A stretch of DNA of 63,325 nucleotides, counting the filler, from Perkinsus chesapeaki ATCC PRA-425 (taxonomy: Eukaryota > Protista > Perkinsozoa), in NCBI GenBank assembly GCA_013115145.1. It is 4 parts of 4 records of this genome, joined end to end, with 100 filler letters (N's around TTAATTAATTAA, not from the genome) between each part and the next. Parts side by side here need not be neighbours in the genome. Positions count along the whole stretch, not along the records: positions 26,699 to 42,628 come from JAAPAO010000717.1; positions 42,729 to 47,110 come from JAAPAO010001271.1; positions 47,211 to 63,325 come from JAAPAO010000711.1; 1 more part is not named here. One strand, 5' to 3'. Shown here piece after piece: positions 36,814-48,328 of this stretch. Each line of letters begins with the position of its first letter. Position 1 is the first letter of the stretch. Made by a program: the position numbers and the translations under genes. The notes under the pieces are model-generated. The model was given only the letters and a program-made list of their open reading frames with translations, was not told the DNA's origin and did not search any database.

Positions 36814-37457
36814 CTAAGGCTTCAAGTTAGTCGTAGACATGCAGTCTCGCGTCCAGTGGATGGTGCAGATCGTGTGTCCCGTGCAGTATGTGCTGAAAAT
36901 CTCGCACCCGAGCATACATTTGCCACCACGACAATACGGCACGGAGTCTCCCTCTGGGGGATCCGGGCATTCGGTTTCATTGTGACAACTCACAGTGCAG
37001 ATGCATCCATCAATGAGCCAGAAGAAGCCCTGAAATAACACATATTATTATTTGCTAGGGCACTACAGTTGTTGTAGTACAACATGTAGTCGACTATATG
37101 CTCACCTCACAGAGTAATCTTTGGCCGGCAGGACACCTACATTTGCTCCTGTCCGGCGACCAACCCAAGCATTCGCCTCTGGGAATGGCGTAAGCGCCTG
37201 AAGTGCAGGGTTGGGATGACTAGGATTCATAGCAATATGATGACTATATAACGTGAATCATCTATAAATTATAGACTATAATATTGGATACAAATGCTGG
37301 GCACCTTACTTCGATTCTTGCCTTCTGCTTCGGATCTGAGTATTATAGTTATAGAGGAGCAGTCTATACCCTACCTCTGCTCATCCAGTGTACTGGTTAG
37401 ATTGGTGCTCCAGAGGATTGTGACCCATATCAGGGCTAACGGGGCTATGTGGCGCAT
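36814..37457 (-). CDS. Secreted cysteine-rich protein, paralog A (4 exons)
   Basis: Signal-peptide exon MRHIAPLALIWVTILWS..., 26-nt microexon, exon AYAIPRGECLGWSPDRSKCRCPAGQRLLCE, and last exon GFFWLIDGCICTVSC...YCRGGKCMLGC...HWTRDC. Confidence 0.8.
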
Positions 37458-39905
37458 TATACGTTAGCTGGAGTTAGCCTCTAGTAAGTTTTCTGAAGCG
37501 GGTTAAACCTCCCTCTCGCCTTGTCACATAGCATGCGCATGCGTGCTCACGTGGTCTCCCGCTAATGTTGCGGCAGGGTCTTCGCAAGGCCACACCATAG
37601 TTGCACACCCGGGCCAGACTGCTCGTAGATCCTAAAAGAAAGCAGACAACCTCCCTCGTCTGTGGACGGCGCATCCACATAAGGACGGTATTGATCTTTC
37701 TATCCACAAATGGCCACCGGAGGGCTTGGCGATGTCACGCTTCACAGACCAGCCTGCCCATCCTACCAGATCAATGACCGGAAAATACTGCCTCGTAGAC
37801 CGACCTGGAAATTCCGATTTGGGCCCCAAATTTCGGGGTTATTCTGGTAATGTATGTGGTTCACGTAACCGTGTGCTGGAAGGGTAGACCGTTGCACTGT
37901 ATGCACGAGTGTCGCAAGTTGTGTATTCAAACGTGACGTAGGTGGCTGATCAAGTCACGCGAGCTGTTGCAAGTCAGGTAGAGCACATGAACTTGGTGTC
38001 ATCAAGTTGAACCGGCTCCCTGACAGAATTATCGTATACATTAACCGTCAGCGCTCTAATATTGTGCTCAGTAGAGGAGTGTGTATTGTGTCGTAGAGTG
38101 CGCTTAGAGTATCAATTGCATACTGCGATCTCTACCTATTTACCCTTCATTAACCATGCATCATTATCACAGGGCCCTTGGGCACGACACTACTCATTAT
38201 TATTACAAACTAATTGTTTTTTATCAACGCTTATTTCCCCCAGAATCAGCAATCTATCGCAACGTGCTTCGTCTCATGCTGCGAGTGGTTGAAGAGCTGC
38301 TTGGCAGGTGGGAGGTTTATGAGAAATAATTTCTTTTTGGCACTATCTCTGTGATTACCCTCAGAGTAGAGCTAGACCTTCTCGGTACTGCATTTTCATT
38401 GAAACTGGTGAACATGAGGGACTCCTCCTTGTGGAGCTTCCAGGCCGAGCTCGAAGGGTATGCCGGGGAAGCAGAAGGCTTTCTTGTTGAAGCTTTGCTC
38501 AGTGATTACTACAAGTCCCTTGCGCAAGTACCCACCAAGGAGCTCCAGGAACGCCTTTACGAGCTGCAAAATGAACATGAGATGATCGGCCGGGTATTCT
38601 CTACTGATGCAGCTCCTTCCTCCGCATACCGGGCTGAGCTTCAGTCACTAAACTGACGCACTGCTCGGCTTCCGAGCCGTCTTAGGTTTTGGGCGCCAGA
38701 TCAGATGTCACGAAAGTTGAGATCCCCCCAGGTAATGGGAACGTGGAAGGCTGTGACCTGAGGAAAGTTGAATATGGTGAGTCATACTTTTGGCGAACAA
38801 TGCTACTACGTATGGCTAGGGAAAGGCAAGTTCGCTGTGAGAGCAGCTGAGCATCCTCATGTAGCAAGGTGCCTTCAAGTGAAGGGTACGTCTTGTCAGT
38901 CATCAATCAATTAGCCTTGCAGCCTCCGCTCCTCTTCAGGTTTGGCGCCAGCTAATATCCAGACATGTTACCATATTATCGCGGATTTTAACAGCTACCC
39001 ACAGTGGATGCCATGGTGCACGTCTGTAATGGAGACATCAGCGTCTCTCTGCTGAGTATGTTATCTACCCCAGGCCAGAGTAGATGGTTCCGCAAAGACA
39101 TCACCTCTCCAGTTCCAATGCGCTGTAGGGTTTGGAATAAAGCATGGCGGCCCAACAATCAGTGATGTTGTTACGTAAGAATGCTCCTTTATCATACTGC
39201 AATTTTTCCTGTCCAATTATCATACCCGAAGCGCGAAGTGTCGTGTGCTTCAAGAGCAGTGCTTTCGGAACACGATCGTGCTGTCAGGTACAACGTCACG
39301 CTTAAGCCACCTGATGGAAAGGCAGCTGGCATCGTGAGGCCTTGTCCACTGTTAGGTTCTATCGTTATACCTGTTGCTTAGGTTGCAGCTTCGGAGCCAT
39401 TCAGCTACTGCGAGACACTGGTTTACGATTGGACCTTTGAAGCTAAGGAAAAGTCAACTCAAGTAACAGTAAATGTCTATTTCAAAGCCAAGTAAGAATG
39501 AGGAATCGAACGTATTCGGGCTTCCTGGCTGTATTCAAAGTAGCTCTTAGTCGGTTCTTTAACTTTAATCATTGATTCATACTATACTGTGTGCTTTTGA
39601 TCAGAACGTTCTTGTTGCTACCTATCTGGGAAGCACTGCAACGGAGTTTGATTGAAGGCATAATGGACGCTTTCGCAGAAGAAATTGTATCCCACGAAAG
39701 GGGGGCATCTCACAGTTCAGAAGAAACGGAAGAATATTCTTCAGAGTCGCAGCAGGGACCTCACCGCTGAATCTCGCCTTCAGGAAGCACTGCGTCCCAG
39801 GCACAACTTCTCATTAACAAAAGCGTATATATACCTTGCGTTTTGCAGTGGTTATGACGTCTCCATCACACGAATAAGGCCGCGAGTTCGATCCTTGGTC
39901 ATTCA

Positions 39906-39923
39906 CCCCCCCCCCCCCCCCCC
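39906..39923. repeat. C18 homopolymer (G18 on the - strand)
   Basis: Direct count in the sequence. Confidence 0.95.
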
Positions 39924-40175
39924 GATTAAGTCCAAAAATAACCCAAGATCCCTTCAAGTATTAAAGAATAAGATTATGTGAGATTGAATGTGAAAGAGTC
40001 CCGTATACTCAGAGCCTGTAGTTAATAGGGGGTTAAGACCTCCTTCTAAGTGAAAAGGTCGGAGTACCGTTTACCAGAAGTGAAGTTGAGAACTAGAAGC
40101 CCGAGTGGACTTTTAGCTATTAAGCTACTCTTAGGAGTCATAACGTTACCCACGTTAACGACTTACTTGAGGCTA

Positions 40176-40810
40176 CTAGTCAGACGCAGACAGGCAGTCC
40201 CAAGTCCAGTGGAACCGGCACTCCATGTCCTTCGGGCATTTTTCGCCCTTGGAGCACCCGAGCATACAGAAACCACCACGGCAGTAAGGATTGGAGTTTG
40301 CCTCCGGATGATTCGGACAGTCTGACTCTTCCTTACAGGGCTGAGTGCAGATGCATCCGTCAGCATACCCAAACCAGCCCTGAAACAGAATATATCACTA
40401 GGGCGCTAGCACTCAAGTTGGCTATAGCTGAACAGTGCCCACAGGTTTACCAAGCAGTCCAATATTTGACCGGGCTCACACGTGCACTTCTGCCTGTCCG
40501 GATGCCAACGTATGCATTCGCCTCTGGGAATACCGTAATCGCCTGAAATATTACACTTCAAGTGTAGAACTAGGAGTAAATATCTATCGGAACGCTAAGA
40601 TCTCGGTGGGTAAGTAATCCATGTTGGCGAACTCAAATGGTGAGTATCTTACTTGAAGTGCTGTTTGTTCTTTCGTATCTGAGTAATGTCCAGTATCATA
40701 GTTATACAGTAGCAATTCGCGCCTTACCCTTGCTCATCCAGTATATCACTGCTTTTGGTACCAACAACCATAGCGAGCAACATCAGAGTGAACGATATTG
40801 TATGACGCAT
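40176..40810 (-). CDS. Secreted cysteine-rich protein, paralog B (4 exons)
   Basis: Exon 40810-40728 MRHTISFTLMLLAMVVG..., 26-nt microexon 40678-40653, exon DYGIPRGECIRWHPDRQKCTCEPGQILDCL, and last exon GWFGYADGCIC...YCRGGFCMLGC...HWTWDC, TAG 40176. Confidence 0.82.
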
Positions 40811-40959
40811 CACGTTCAAGCCGAAGGGTCGCAATGAGTCTTCGAGAATCGGCACCAGAGTTGTGACCCCGCTTTGTGACATGACATGAGCATGCGTACT
40901 CATGTACCGTTAGTCATGGTTGCACTTCTGCTTCTGCTACAGGGCAGTATCAAAAGCTT

Positions 40960-41230
40960 CGATTCAAAGCCCTGTAGTACATCCTTGTGTTGAAGAACAG
41001 CAGACATTAGTCGAGCGAACCATAATGAGCACAGACGCCTCTGGTCTTTGTTGGACGCATCTGTGAAGCCTTCACTATTTGCCGATTCTCAACTCGACAT
41101 CGGCGGGCGTCGTCACGCCTGGCGACAGGGCGGCCTTACAGTAGGTCTCTGTGCCCGTCCGTCCAATGAAGGGTAAGTCACTGTCACCCATATCAGGAAA
41201 GTTGACATGCAAAACGGGAATCGCGGGTTG
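40960..41230 (-). mobile_element. Possible decayed Ty3/gypsy RT remnant
   Basis: Stop-interrupted frame ...VELRIGKIVKAS...YGSLD*CLLFFNTRMYYRALN is weakly reminiscent of the gypsy 'DGS.R.C.DYRALN' motif. Confidence 0.25.
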
Positions 41231-42628
41231 GCAGGTGAATCCGTATGTTCAATGCTCCACAACTGTTCATCCTTTGGTAGCGACTCTATATCGCTTGTGC
41301 TCGAGTCGCTGGTAACCAGGGTAAGGAGGCTGTCTAACCACTACTGATCATGGAGGCTCGCGATTCAAAGGAGCGCTGCTAGGAACGTCTTTCAATGTCT
41401 ATGAACACCCTGAAGCTCTATGCTGTATGCCGGCACCGTGACGGCGTGTCGCAACGCAGCCGCTGCGTTAGTGACGCCGCATGATGCCGCCTAACAGGGA
41501 TTTCTCATAATGAGAATCATTCTCATTATGAGAAATCGCTGTAATCATCATGATTACGGACTATGTAAGAGGTAATGCGATCGCTGTCCCCTACTTCACA
41601 GGCAAGTAAGTCATGGAGGAACGAGCCGATCATGTGTCATCGTGCGACAATGTCACACCGATGTCATCAATCGCGCCCCATGAATGGTGGTCCATTTATG
41701 GAGCAAGGTCAATGACGCGGACAAAGAGTTGTGCAACGGGGACAACTCTCCAGAGTCGTCAAGAGCGCTCGCCCGGTAGCTAGAGGGTGGCCGGCACGAA
41801 GAGAGCCGAGTGGTAGCCGGGGTGAGGCCTACGAGGTGAAACACTCGTAGCCTTAGATGTTCGTCAGTTTCACCCCACCCGCCCAACCCGATAAGAGGTA
41901 TGGGGGCCTTGGCTGTGATAGCGTAGGACTAACATCGGATTGCTGTCATTAGCGAAGGCGTCTACGGGAAATCCTCAGTTGTGGCCCGGATTGTAGATCA
42001 CGGGACCAACTGTAACAAGCAGGGTAAGACCGCTTGTTGCTTGATTTCTCCTAGACAACCACCCAAACCGCTATACCTCTGCACAACCCGTGAGACAAGG
42101 AAGTGAATTATTTTTCAGGTAATTACCGCGCCTCCTCGAGTCGATGACTGCCGTGTGCTGGAGCAGCGACATGCCAATAGAGTTGACAACAAGTTGTAAC
42201 CATGTTAAATTTTGGATTGCTCGATGATAATCATTTTGAGATGTTGATTGAGGGGGTTTCCTACTTCCTGCAATACTCTCGTAGACCTCAAGTCGCAATC
42301 ATCGTGACTAGTCCAACCATCTTATCGAAATGCTACTCGATGGATTTGCCAGATATGAGCCAGCGACTGCGTAGTCGGTGGATAAGCTCAAACCAAAACT
42401 CTGCAGTTGTGAGTCGTAAATCTCGAGAGTTGGCTGTGTTACGCTAATGATAAACCCGAATCAGGTTCGTCGAGCCCCAATCGATCTCTTAGTATCGCCC
42501 TCACTGGTTCGGTGAGGTATCAGGGGACACAGAGGTTCTGGATCCACCCACTGATAACAGAACACCAAAGGCTAGCTGTTCGACGGTATATTAGCTAGCA
42601 TAGGTTAGTGATATATTACACCTGTCAC

Positions 42629-42728
42629 NNNNNNNNNNNNNNNNNNNNNNNNNNNNNNNNNNNNNNNNNNNNTTAATTAATTAANNNNNNNNNNNNNNNN
42701 NNNNNNNNNNNNNNNNNNNNNNNNNNNN
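42629..42728. other. Assembly gap with six-frame stop linker
   Basis: 44 N + TTAATTAATTAA + 44 N. Confidence 0.98.
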
Positions 42729-42811
42729 TCACCAATCTGAGAGTAATCCGCAGCTGCTGCGGCTGCCTGAAACGGCCTAGCGGAGCGACGCGATCGCTAC
42801 AGCTACTCCCG

Positions 42812-42826
42812 GCCCTCTGGCTCAAG
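42812..42826 (+). other. Spliced-leader-like relic GCCCTCTGGCTCAAG in the LINE 5' region
   Basis: Matches 14 of the last 15 nt of the 21-nt perkinsid SL as recalled (ACCGTAGCCATCTGGCTCAAG), ending 34 nt before the ORF1 ATG. Confidence 0.6.
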
Positions 42827-42860
42827 TTGTTTATTCCCTAAATCTTCACTCTCCCTTAAC

Positions 42861-44072
42861 ATGCCCCCCATTCCTCCCCCGTCGCGTCAGCTGCGCTCTC
42901 AGAACAGATCAGCGGCCAAGTCATCAGACAGAGCAGCCTCCGGATCCCAATCGGCGAATTCAAGTTCGGCAAATACTCCCCATCCCGCTGGCAGAGGTAT
43001 CGACTGGGCCGAGATCACTGACCTCGACGAGCAACTTGAGTCCTCTCGGACTCCTATGGACTGGGCAGAGACTATCACCAATGTGGTGAATGGCGTCCTG
43101 GCCCAGGAAGGTAAATATTTCAGCCTTGCCAAAGCTGATATCATTCTGAAAGCTATCGAATCTATGAAAACTGGTTATATTCGTATTCTGGAACAGAATA
43201 TCTCCTTGAAGGACAAACTTCTCAGCAAGGCCAGTGAGACACCTCCTGTGGTGAGCTACAGGGGTGCCCTCCTTTCGGGCATCCCGCACACCTCAAGGCT
43301 CCCACCCCCGAGCAAGACCATTGTTGTTAAGCCTACATCACTACCTGACGATCCGATTGGTAGAAAGAGCACAATACTAAATCTTCAGAAGACCCTTGGT
43401 GCTACCGTCAGAGATAAGGCAATTGTCGTGGACACTATAACTACTAGAAGAGGTGATGTTGCTATCAAAGTTCCTGAGAATACTGACACTGATGAAATTA
43501 TTAGCACTATTAATAGTGCTATTCCATCTGGCAAAGCCGCAGTGGCCAACAAACTACAACCTGAGGTCATGATATCGCTGGCTGGCACTTCTGACATTAC
43601 GCCCGACAAAATACTGTCCGATGTCCCCCTCTACATGCCTGGTACCGACACCCAGAACTGGAAGATCATCAGGGCTAACAGCAAGATGGTCACGGTCAGA
43701 ATGCCTTGTCGCGATCGCGACCGCATCATGAAAGAAGGCTTTATTGTGGTCGATACTCTCAGGCTGAGGTGCAGAGACGTTATTGGCATCAGAGCTTGCT
43801 TTAGTTGCGGCTCCTGCCATGGTCAAGCAGCTCCATGCAGGGAGAAGAAGTCGTGCCTGACATGTGGCGGTCAACACGAGATGCGGGACTGCCCTAACAG
43901 GGAATTACCGCTTGATCAGAGACGCTGCTCTCTCTGTGGTGGCTCTGGCCACAACTATCATGAGGGCCCTCTCTGTAGAGTCAAGCTGAGTCTTATGCGT
44001 GACAAATATGTCCGCACTGAGAGAACAATTGGGGGACCTCCTTATAATGGCCCTCACGCTGACGAAATATGA
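42861..44072 (+). CDS. LINE ORF1, gag-like nucleic-acid-binding protein with three zinc-knuckle-like motifs
   Basis: 403 aa; CFSCGSCHGQAAPC, CLTCGGQHEMRDC and CSLCGGSGHNYHEGPLC. Confidence 0.9.
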   Translation: MPPIPPPSRQLRSQNRSAAKSSDRAASGSQSANSSSANTPHPAGRGIDWAEITDLDEQLESSRTPMDWAETITNVVNGVLAQEGKYFSLAKADIILKAIESMKTGYIRILEQNISLKDKLLSKASETPPVVSYRGALLSGIPHTSRLPPPSKTIVVKPTSLPDDPIGRKSTILNLQKTLGATVRDKAIVVDTITTRRGDVAIKVPENTDTDEIISTINSAIPSGKAAVANKLQPEVMISLAGTSDITPDKILSDVPLYMPGTDTQNWKIIRANSKMVTVRMPCRDRDRIMKEGFIVVDTLRLRCRDVIGIRACFSCGSCHGQAAPCREKKSCLTCGGQHEMRDCPNRELPLDQRRCSLCGGSGHNYHEGPLCRVKLSLMRDKYVRTERTIGGPPYNGPHADEI

Positions 44073-47000
44073 TCTCATCGGACATCAACACCAATGGCGC
44101 TGTACTTAACTTTATTCAAGCTAATGTCAGTAAATCTTCTACTGTCCTATATGATATCTGTCACTCCTCTTCTTTTGATATCTTTCTCTGCCAAGAGCCT
44201 CCGGCGAAGTTTTTCCTTAGGGGTTTCAAAACCTTGTCTGTGAAACCACCTACCAATACATGTATCATTATTTCCGACCATCTGTCTGATAAGTTTGCTC
44301 TCAACACTGTGCTCTCAACTGACAATATTACGATCATCTCGTCTAAGTTTTATAATTTTATAAGTTTCTATAACCCGCCCTCTCGTGGCAACTGCTCTCA
44401 TCTCGACTGTCTGCTACCTTTCCTCACTGATAGTACTGGTTGTCTACTAGGAGGCGACACTAATGGTTATAGTCATGTATGGGGTATATACCCACCTAAC
44501 CTATCCTCTCGCAATGAGGTGGCCTATAGATATGGACGGGAAATGGAATCCCTAGTACTATCCACTGGTCTTACCTGCTACAACAATACGGATGACATCC
44601 AACCCACCTATCATCACGCGGCCTCCACTGCCACGGAAAGACGTTCTACTATCGACGCTACCTTTGGGACTAATGATATGCTGGTCACCAACTGGCGTGT
44701 CGCTACCGACCTCTCGCCCTATGGTTCTGATCATTACCCGATCCTCTTCTCTCTATCCTCACAGGTCACCATGAATGAACCACATCATCAACACGAGCTC
44801 AGCAACTTCTGTCACTCCAAGATCTGTTGGACGACCTTCACTAACCATATCAACAGCTGTGAGGCGGCTTTCTTGGAGCGAGAAGCTTTTGATCCCTCCG
44901 ACCATATTGATGTGCTAGAGAGGAGGATCTCGGGGGTTATCCAGCAGGCTGCGAGGGCCAGTTGCCCGTCGCGTGACCCGAATGCCACTCCCCGGCCTGT
45001 CAATTCGTGGTGGGACAACGACTTGAAGGATGCCAGAGCCTCACTTGCTCGCACAAGAAGGCTACATGGACACACGTCTGCCAATTACAGGGAGGAGCGT
45101 CTGAAATACCGGAGACTTATTGATGAGAAAAAGTCATCCAGTTTCGTTCGCTTCGCCTCTACCATAGAGGATGATCCGAACTTCTTGAACAAGGTCACCA
45201 GGGAACCAGTACTGCCCCCTACTACTATCATCGGTTATCCTACTGTGGAAGGCACGGTTTCGGCCCTGGCGGATAAATATCTCGGCTCCACCTCTTACGA
45301 CCCGGCCATTGTTGTCTCGTCGTCTGTTGAAGCTGGCTCAATCTCCCCACACGACAATTTGCTGGCGGACTCTCACCCCGACTTTGCGGTCTCGCTGGTC
45401 AAGGCCGAAATCTTATCCAAGCAGAAATCTACGACTCCCGGTTCGTGTGGTATCCGCTGGGATCATCTGGTCTACTGTCCGGACTGGCTCGTAAGAGAGC
45501 TCTGCCGCCTCTTCCAGCTATCTCTGAGTAAGGGTTTCGTCCCAACACATTGGCGTTCCTCGACCGTTATCTACATACCCAAGCCCAGTGGTTACGGTAC
45601 GATTAAGGGCGTAAGACCTATTACCCTCTCATGCACCCTATGCAAGCTGATGGAAGCTATGATCATCCTACGTCTATCTGCGGCCATCGACCAGGTGCTG
45701 GCGTCTCGAGAGCAGTATGCCTACCTTCCTGGACGTTCATCGGTGTCCTTGGTAAAAGACTTGCTGCACCACGTCCAAGTGGGCTTCACTGGGAAAATAG
45801 TCAAGAAGAAGCCTCCCTGGGCTATTGCTGGACTGGACCTGAGTAATGCTTTCGGTTCTATTCCCCATGACAAACTCATTACTGCCATCGCGGCACTCGG
45901 TGTGCCTTCTACTGAGCAGCACTGGATCCAAAGCTGGCTGGCTCCACGGCGCAACACCAACAGATACCTCGGCATTAGTTCCTCCAGGTTGGCGGATTCT
46001 AACGTGGGCCTCTCCCAGGGCAGTGTATTGTCACCTATTCTCTTTGTGCTCTTCATGCACTACTGGTTAAATCATATCACCGCTCAGTTGGGTCCCAAGA
46101 AGTTTGGTCTCCGCTGGTTTGTCTACGCCGATGATTGCTACATAGCCTTTAAGTTCCGACTGAGAACCAGCAGCGGCATCATGGATCAGGAGATCAACAA
46201 CTTTCTCACTGCATTGACAACCGCACTTGACACGGTCAACCTAAAGCTATCAATGGAGAAGACGGCGGTGCTAACCGGCTATAACTCAACCTGTTTCAGG
46301 TCTAAGTTTATGTCCATACTCGGCATGACCATCTCCAGTAAGCTCAGTTTCTCCCAACACTTGAAGGCGAAGTTGGCGAAATGTCACAACCTCACCATGA
46401 AGATCCTGCGCTTCACTCGGAAGTCCTACGGCATTTCACCTACTGGAGTTCTCCAGCTGGCCCGCTCGGTGTGGTTACCGACCATCAGTTACGGCCTTGA
46501 AGTTTGGGGCGTTTCATTGGTCCACAAATCAACTTGTGGGCTCATTGACTCGGCCTACAGAAGTATTATAAGAATGGCTTATCGCCTTCCGCAGTCCACT
46601 CCGATCAACTTCATCGACATTATGCATGGTGGTCCCTGCCTGTCGGACATCCTTATTGACAAGTTACTGGTCAAGATCCTGCACAAGATGGAAAGCCCAT
46701 CCAGTGGCGACCTACTTCCCGCCCATTTCGGTTGGAACAGATCACTACGGACCAAATGGCGCCACGTTCTGTCCACGAGACTGCCTCAGATGGCTACGAC
46801 TGATCGGTACACCAAAGGTACCAGGCCCCCGCCAGATATCAGAAGGAGAATCCTAGTCGGCAGTCATCCTGAGGCAGGCACCAACTACTGGCGCTGTCTC
46901 GCTGGTAACGGTCTCGACATCTACACAGATGGCTCTCGAGTCACTTCCCAGGGCTCCATTTCGGTCGGTGCTGGATTTGTGGTGGTAGACTGTAATACTG

Positions 47001-47110
47001 AGATCTACCACTATGCTGTAAGGCTGCCTAACCACTCCACTATTTATCAAGCCGAACAGGAGGCTCTCCATCAAGCGGTCAAATTTCTTCGGAGCACCGC
47101 CTACGGTAAC
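44069..47110 (+). CDS. LINE ORF2: AP endonuclease, reverse transcriptase and RNase H (truncated by the gap)
   Basis: APE: CQE, GGDTN, SDHYPI. RT: RPITL, LDLSNAFGSI, GLSQGSVLSP, YADD. RNH: IYTDGS, TIYQAE. Confidence 0.96.
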
Positions 47111-47210
47111 NNNNNNNNNNNNNNNNNNNNNNNNNNNNNNNNNNNNNNNNNNNNTTAATTAATTAANNNNNNNNNNNNNNNNNNNNNNNNNNNNNNNNNN
47201 NNNNNNNNNN
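47111..47210. other. Assembly gap with six-frame stop linker
   Basis: 44 N + TTAATTAATTAA + 44 N. Confidence 0.98.
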
Positions 47211-48268
47211 AAAACGGTGGGCGAGCGATATACAATATGAATCTTAGGGTGCGCGTAGCGCATTCGCATACGTAATGCGAACATTACTCTCAAATTCTTC
47301 CTTAGCGGAAAACATGGAAGAATCTCATATGGAAGCTGCGTGACGCGCCACGTGTCACAGAGCGGGCGTGACAAGAGAGCGCGCCCGAAGATGTTTCGGC
47401 GCGTAACGAGCGTGAAAGTGAGGCCGCGTAGCTGGCCAAACGGGTTATTTTCTTCTCTTACTGTGCTGAAATATCATTGTAAGCTAACTTGCCGTAATTT
47501 TGTAACGGATATGCTCCGAATGCAGATATTCAGCAGCTCTCCCACGGACAAGGGGGCTACCACCGAGAGTGCGTCAGCCATCTGCCCGTACCGACGCGTT
47601 GAACACCGAAGATGAGTCCTTACTGAGGACCCAAATACGATATTTGAGGGAGGTTCTCGTCTTGGGCCGGGCCCAAAGGGCTCTGATATCCCCCAAATTA
47701 TGATAACCCTTTAGAGAGCCGGTCTCGCCACGCTGCGTGGGAATCTGGAACCGGATGCCTGAGCCTTTTCACCTGTTGTCGAGGCCAAAGAAGCGGGACG
47801 GTGGAAACGCGGTGGCACCACTTGCAAAGTACAAACCTGTATCCATAACCAAGCTTCAGATCTAACCCGTTTACAAGCGGGAACTCTGTTAGTTGTACGA
47901 GCCCGACTTGTTTCCGAACTAGCTCTTTGCCTTGCAAAAGGCAAGGAGGGGGCGACTTTGTTGACCTCGTCACAACAAATCACGAATCAATGATAGGTCG
48001 CTGGGCAAATCACACAGTATGTCAACCATCAAGATTTGTTTTCCTTTTATCTTTTTATTCATTTTTTGCACAGCAGGGCTGTGACAGCTCTCTCGCTGGT
48101 GGCGCGCGGTACAACGGAAGGACGAGGCTGTAAGAAGATGACCTACAATGTAGAGAGTGTTTAGAGCCGAATTCGATACTCGAAGCTCGATTCTCGAGCC
48201 ATCAAATTAACCTTCCCACCCGTTCTCCCCAATCAGCACTTCAAGCGGGATCAGGACTCCTGATTCAT

Positions 48269-48328
48269 GAGCAAACTGAAACTGGTGTATCCCTCGGGAT
48301 CAGGAGCAAACTGAAACTGGTGTATCCC
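48269..48328. repeat. 25-bp perfect direct repeat (period 35)
   Basis: GAGCAAACTGAAACTGGTGTATCCC at 48269-48293 and 48304-48328. Confidence 0.92.

Larger units (their letters stand above)
42806..47110 (+). mobile_element. Non-LTR retrotransposon (LINE, RNase H-containing I/R1/LOA-type group), 3' end lost in the gap
   Basis: Two uninterrupted ORFs (gag-like; APE-RT-RNH), flanked by assembly gaps on both sides. The 5' boundary is inferred. Confidence 0.93.

Noticed and set aside
38351-38656. 101-aa + strand ORF as a defined gene
   Set aside because: No recognisable motif, start or splice context; it could be an element remnant, so it is left uncalled.
26643-47166. Three copies of TTAATTAATTAA as a biological repeat
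   Set aside because: Each is centred in an identical 44N-12-44N block: an artificial six-frame-stop scaffold linker. ORFs ending in X runs are artefacts of it.
47698-47973. BED-type zinc finger or DNA transposase (FVLCKWCHR...RH...SH)
   Set aside because: Only a loose Cys/His spacing, with no catalytic domain or terminal repeats recognisable.
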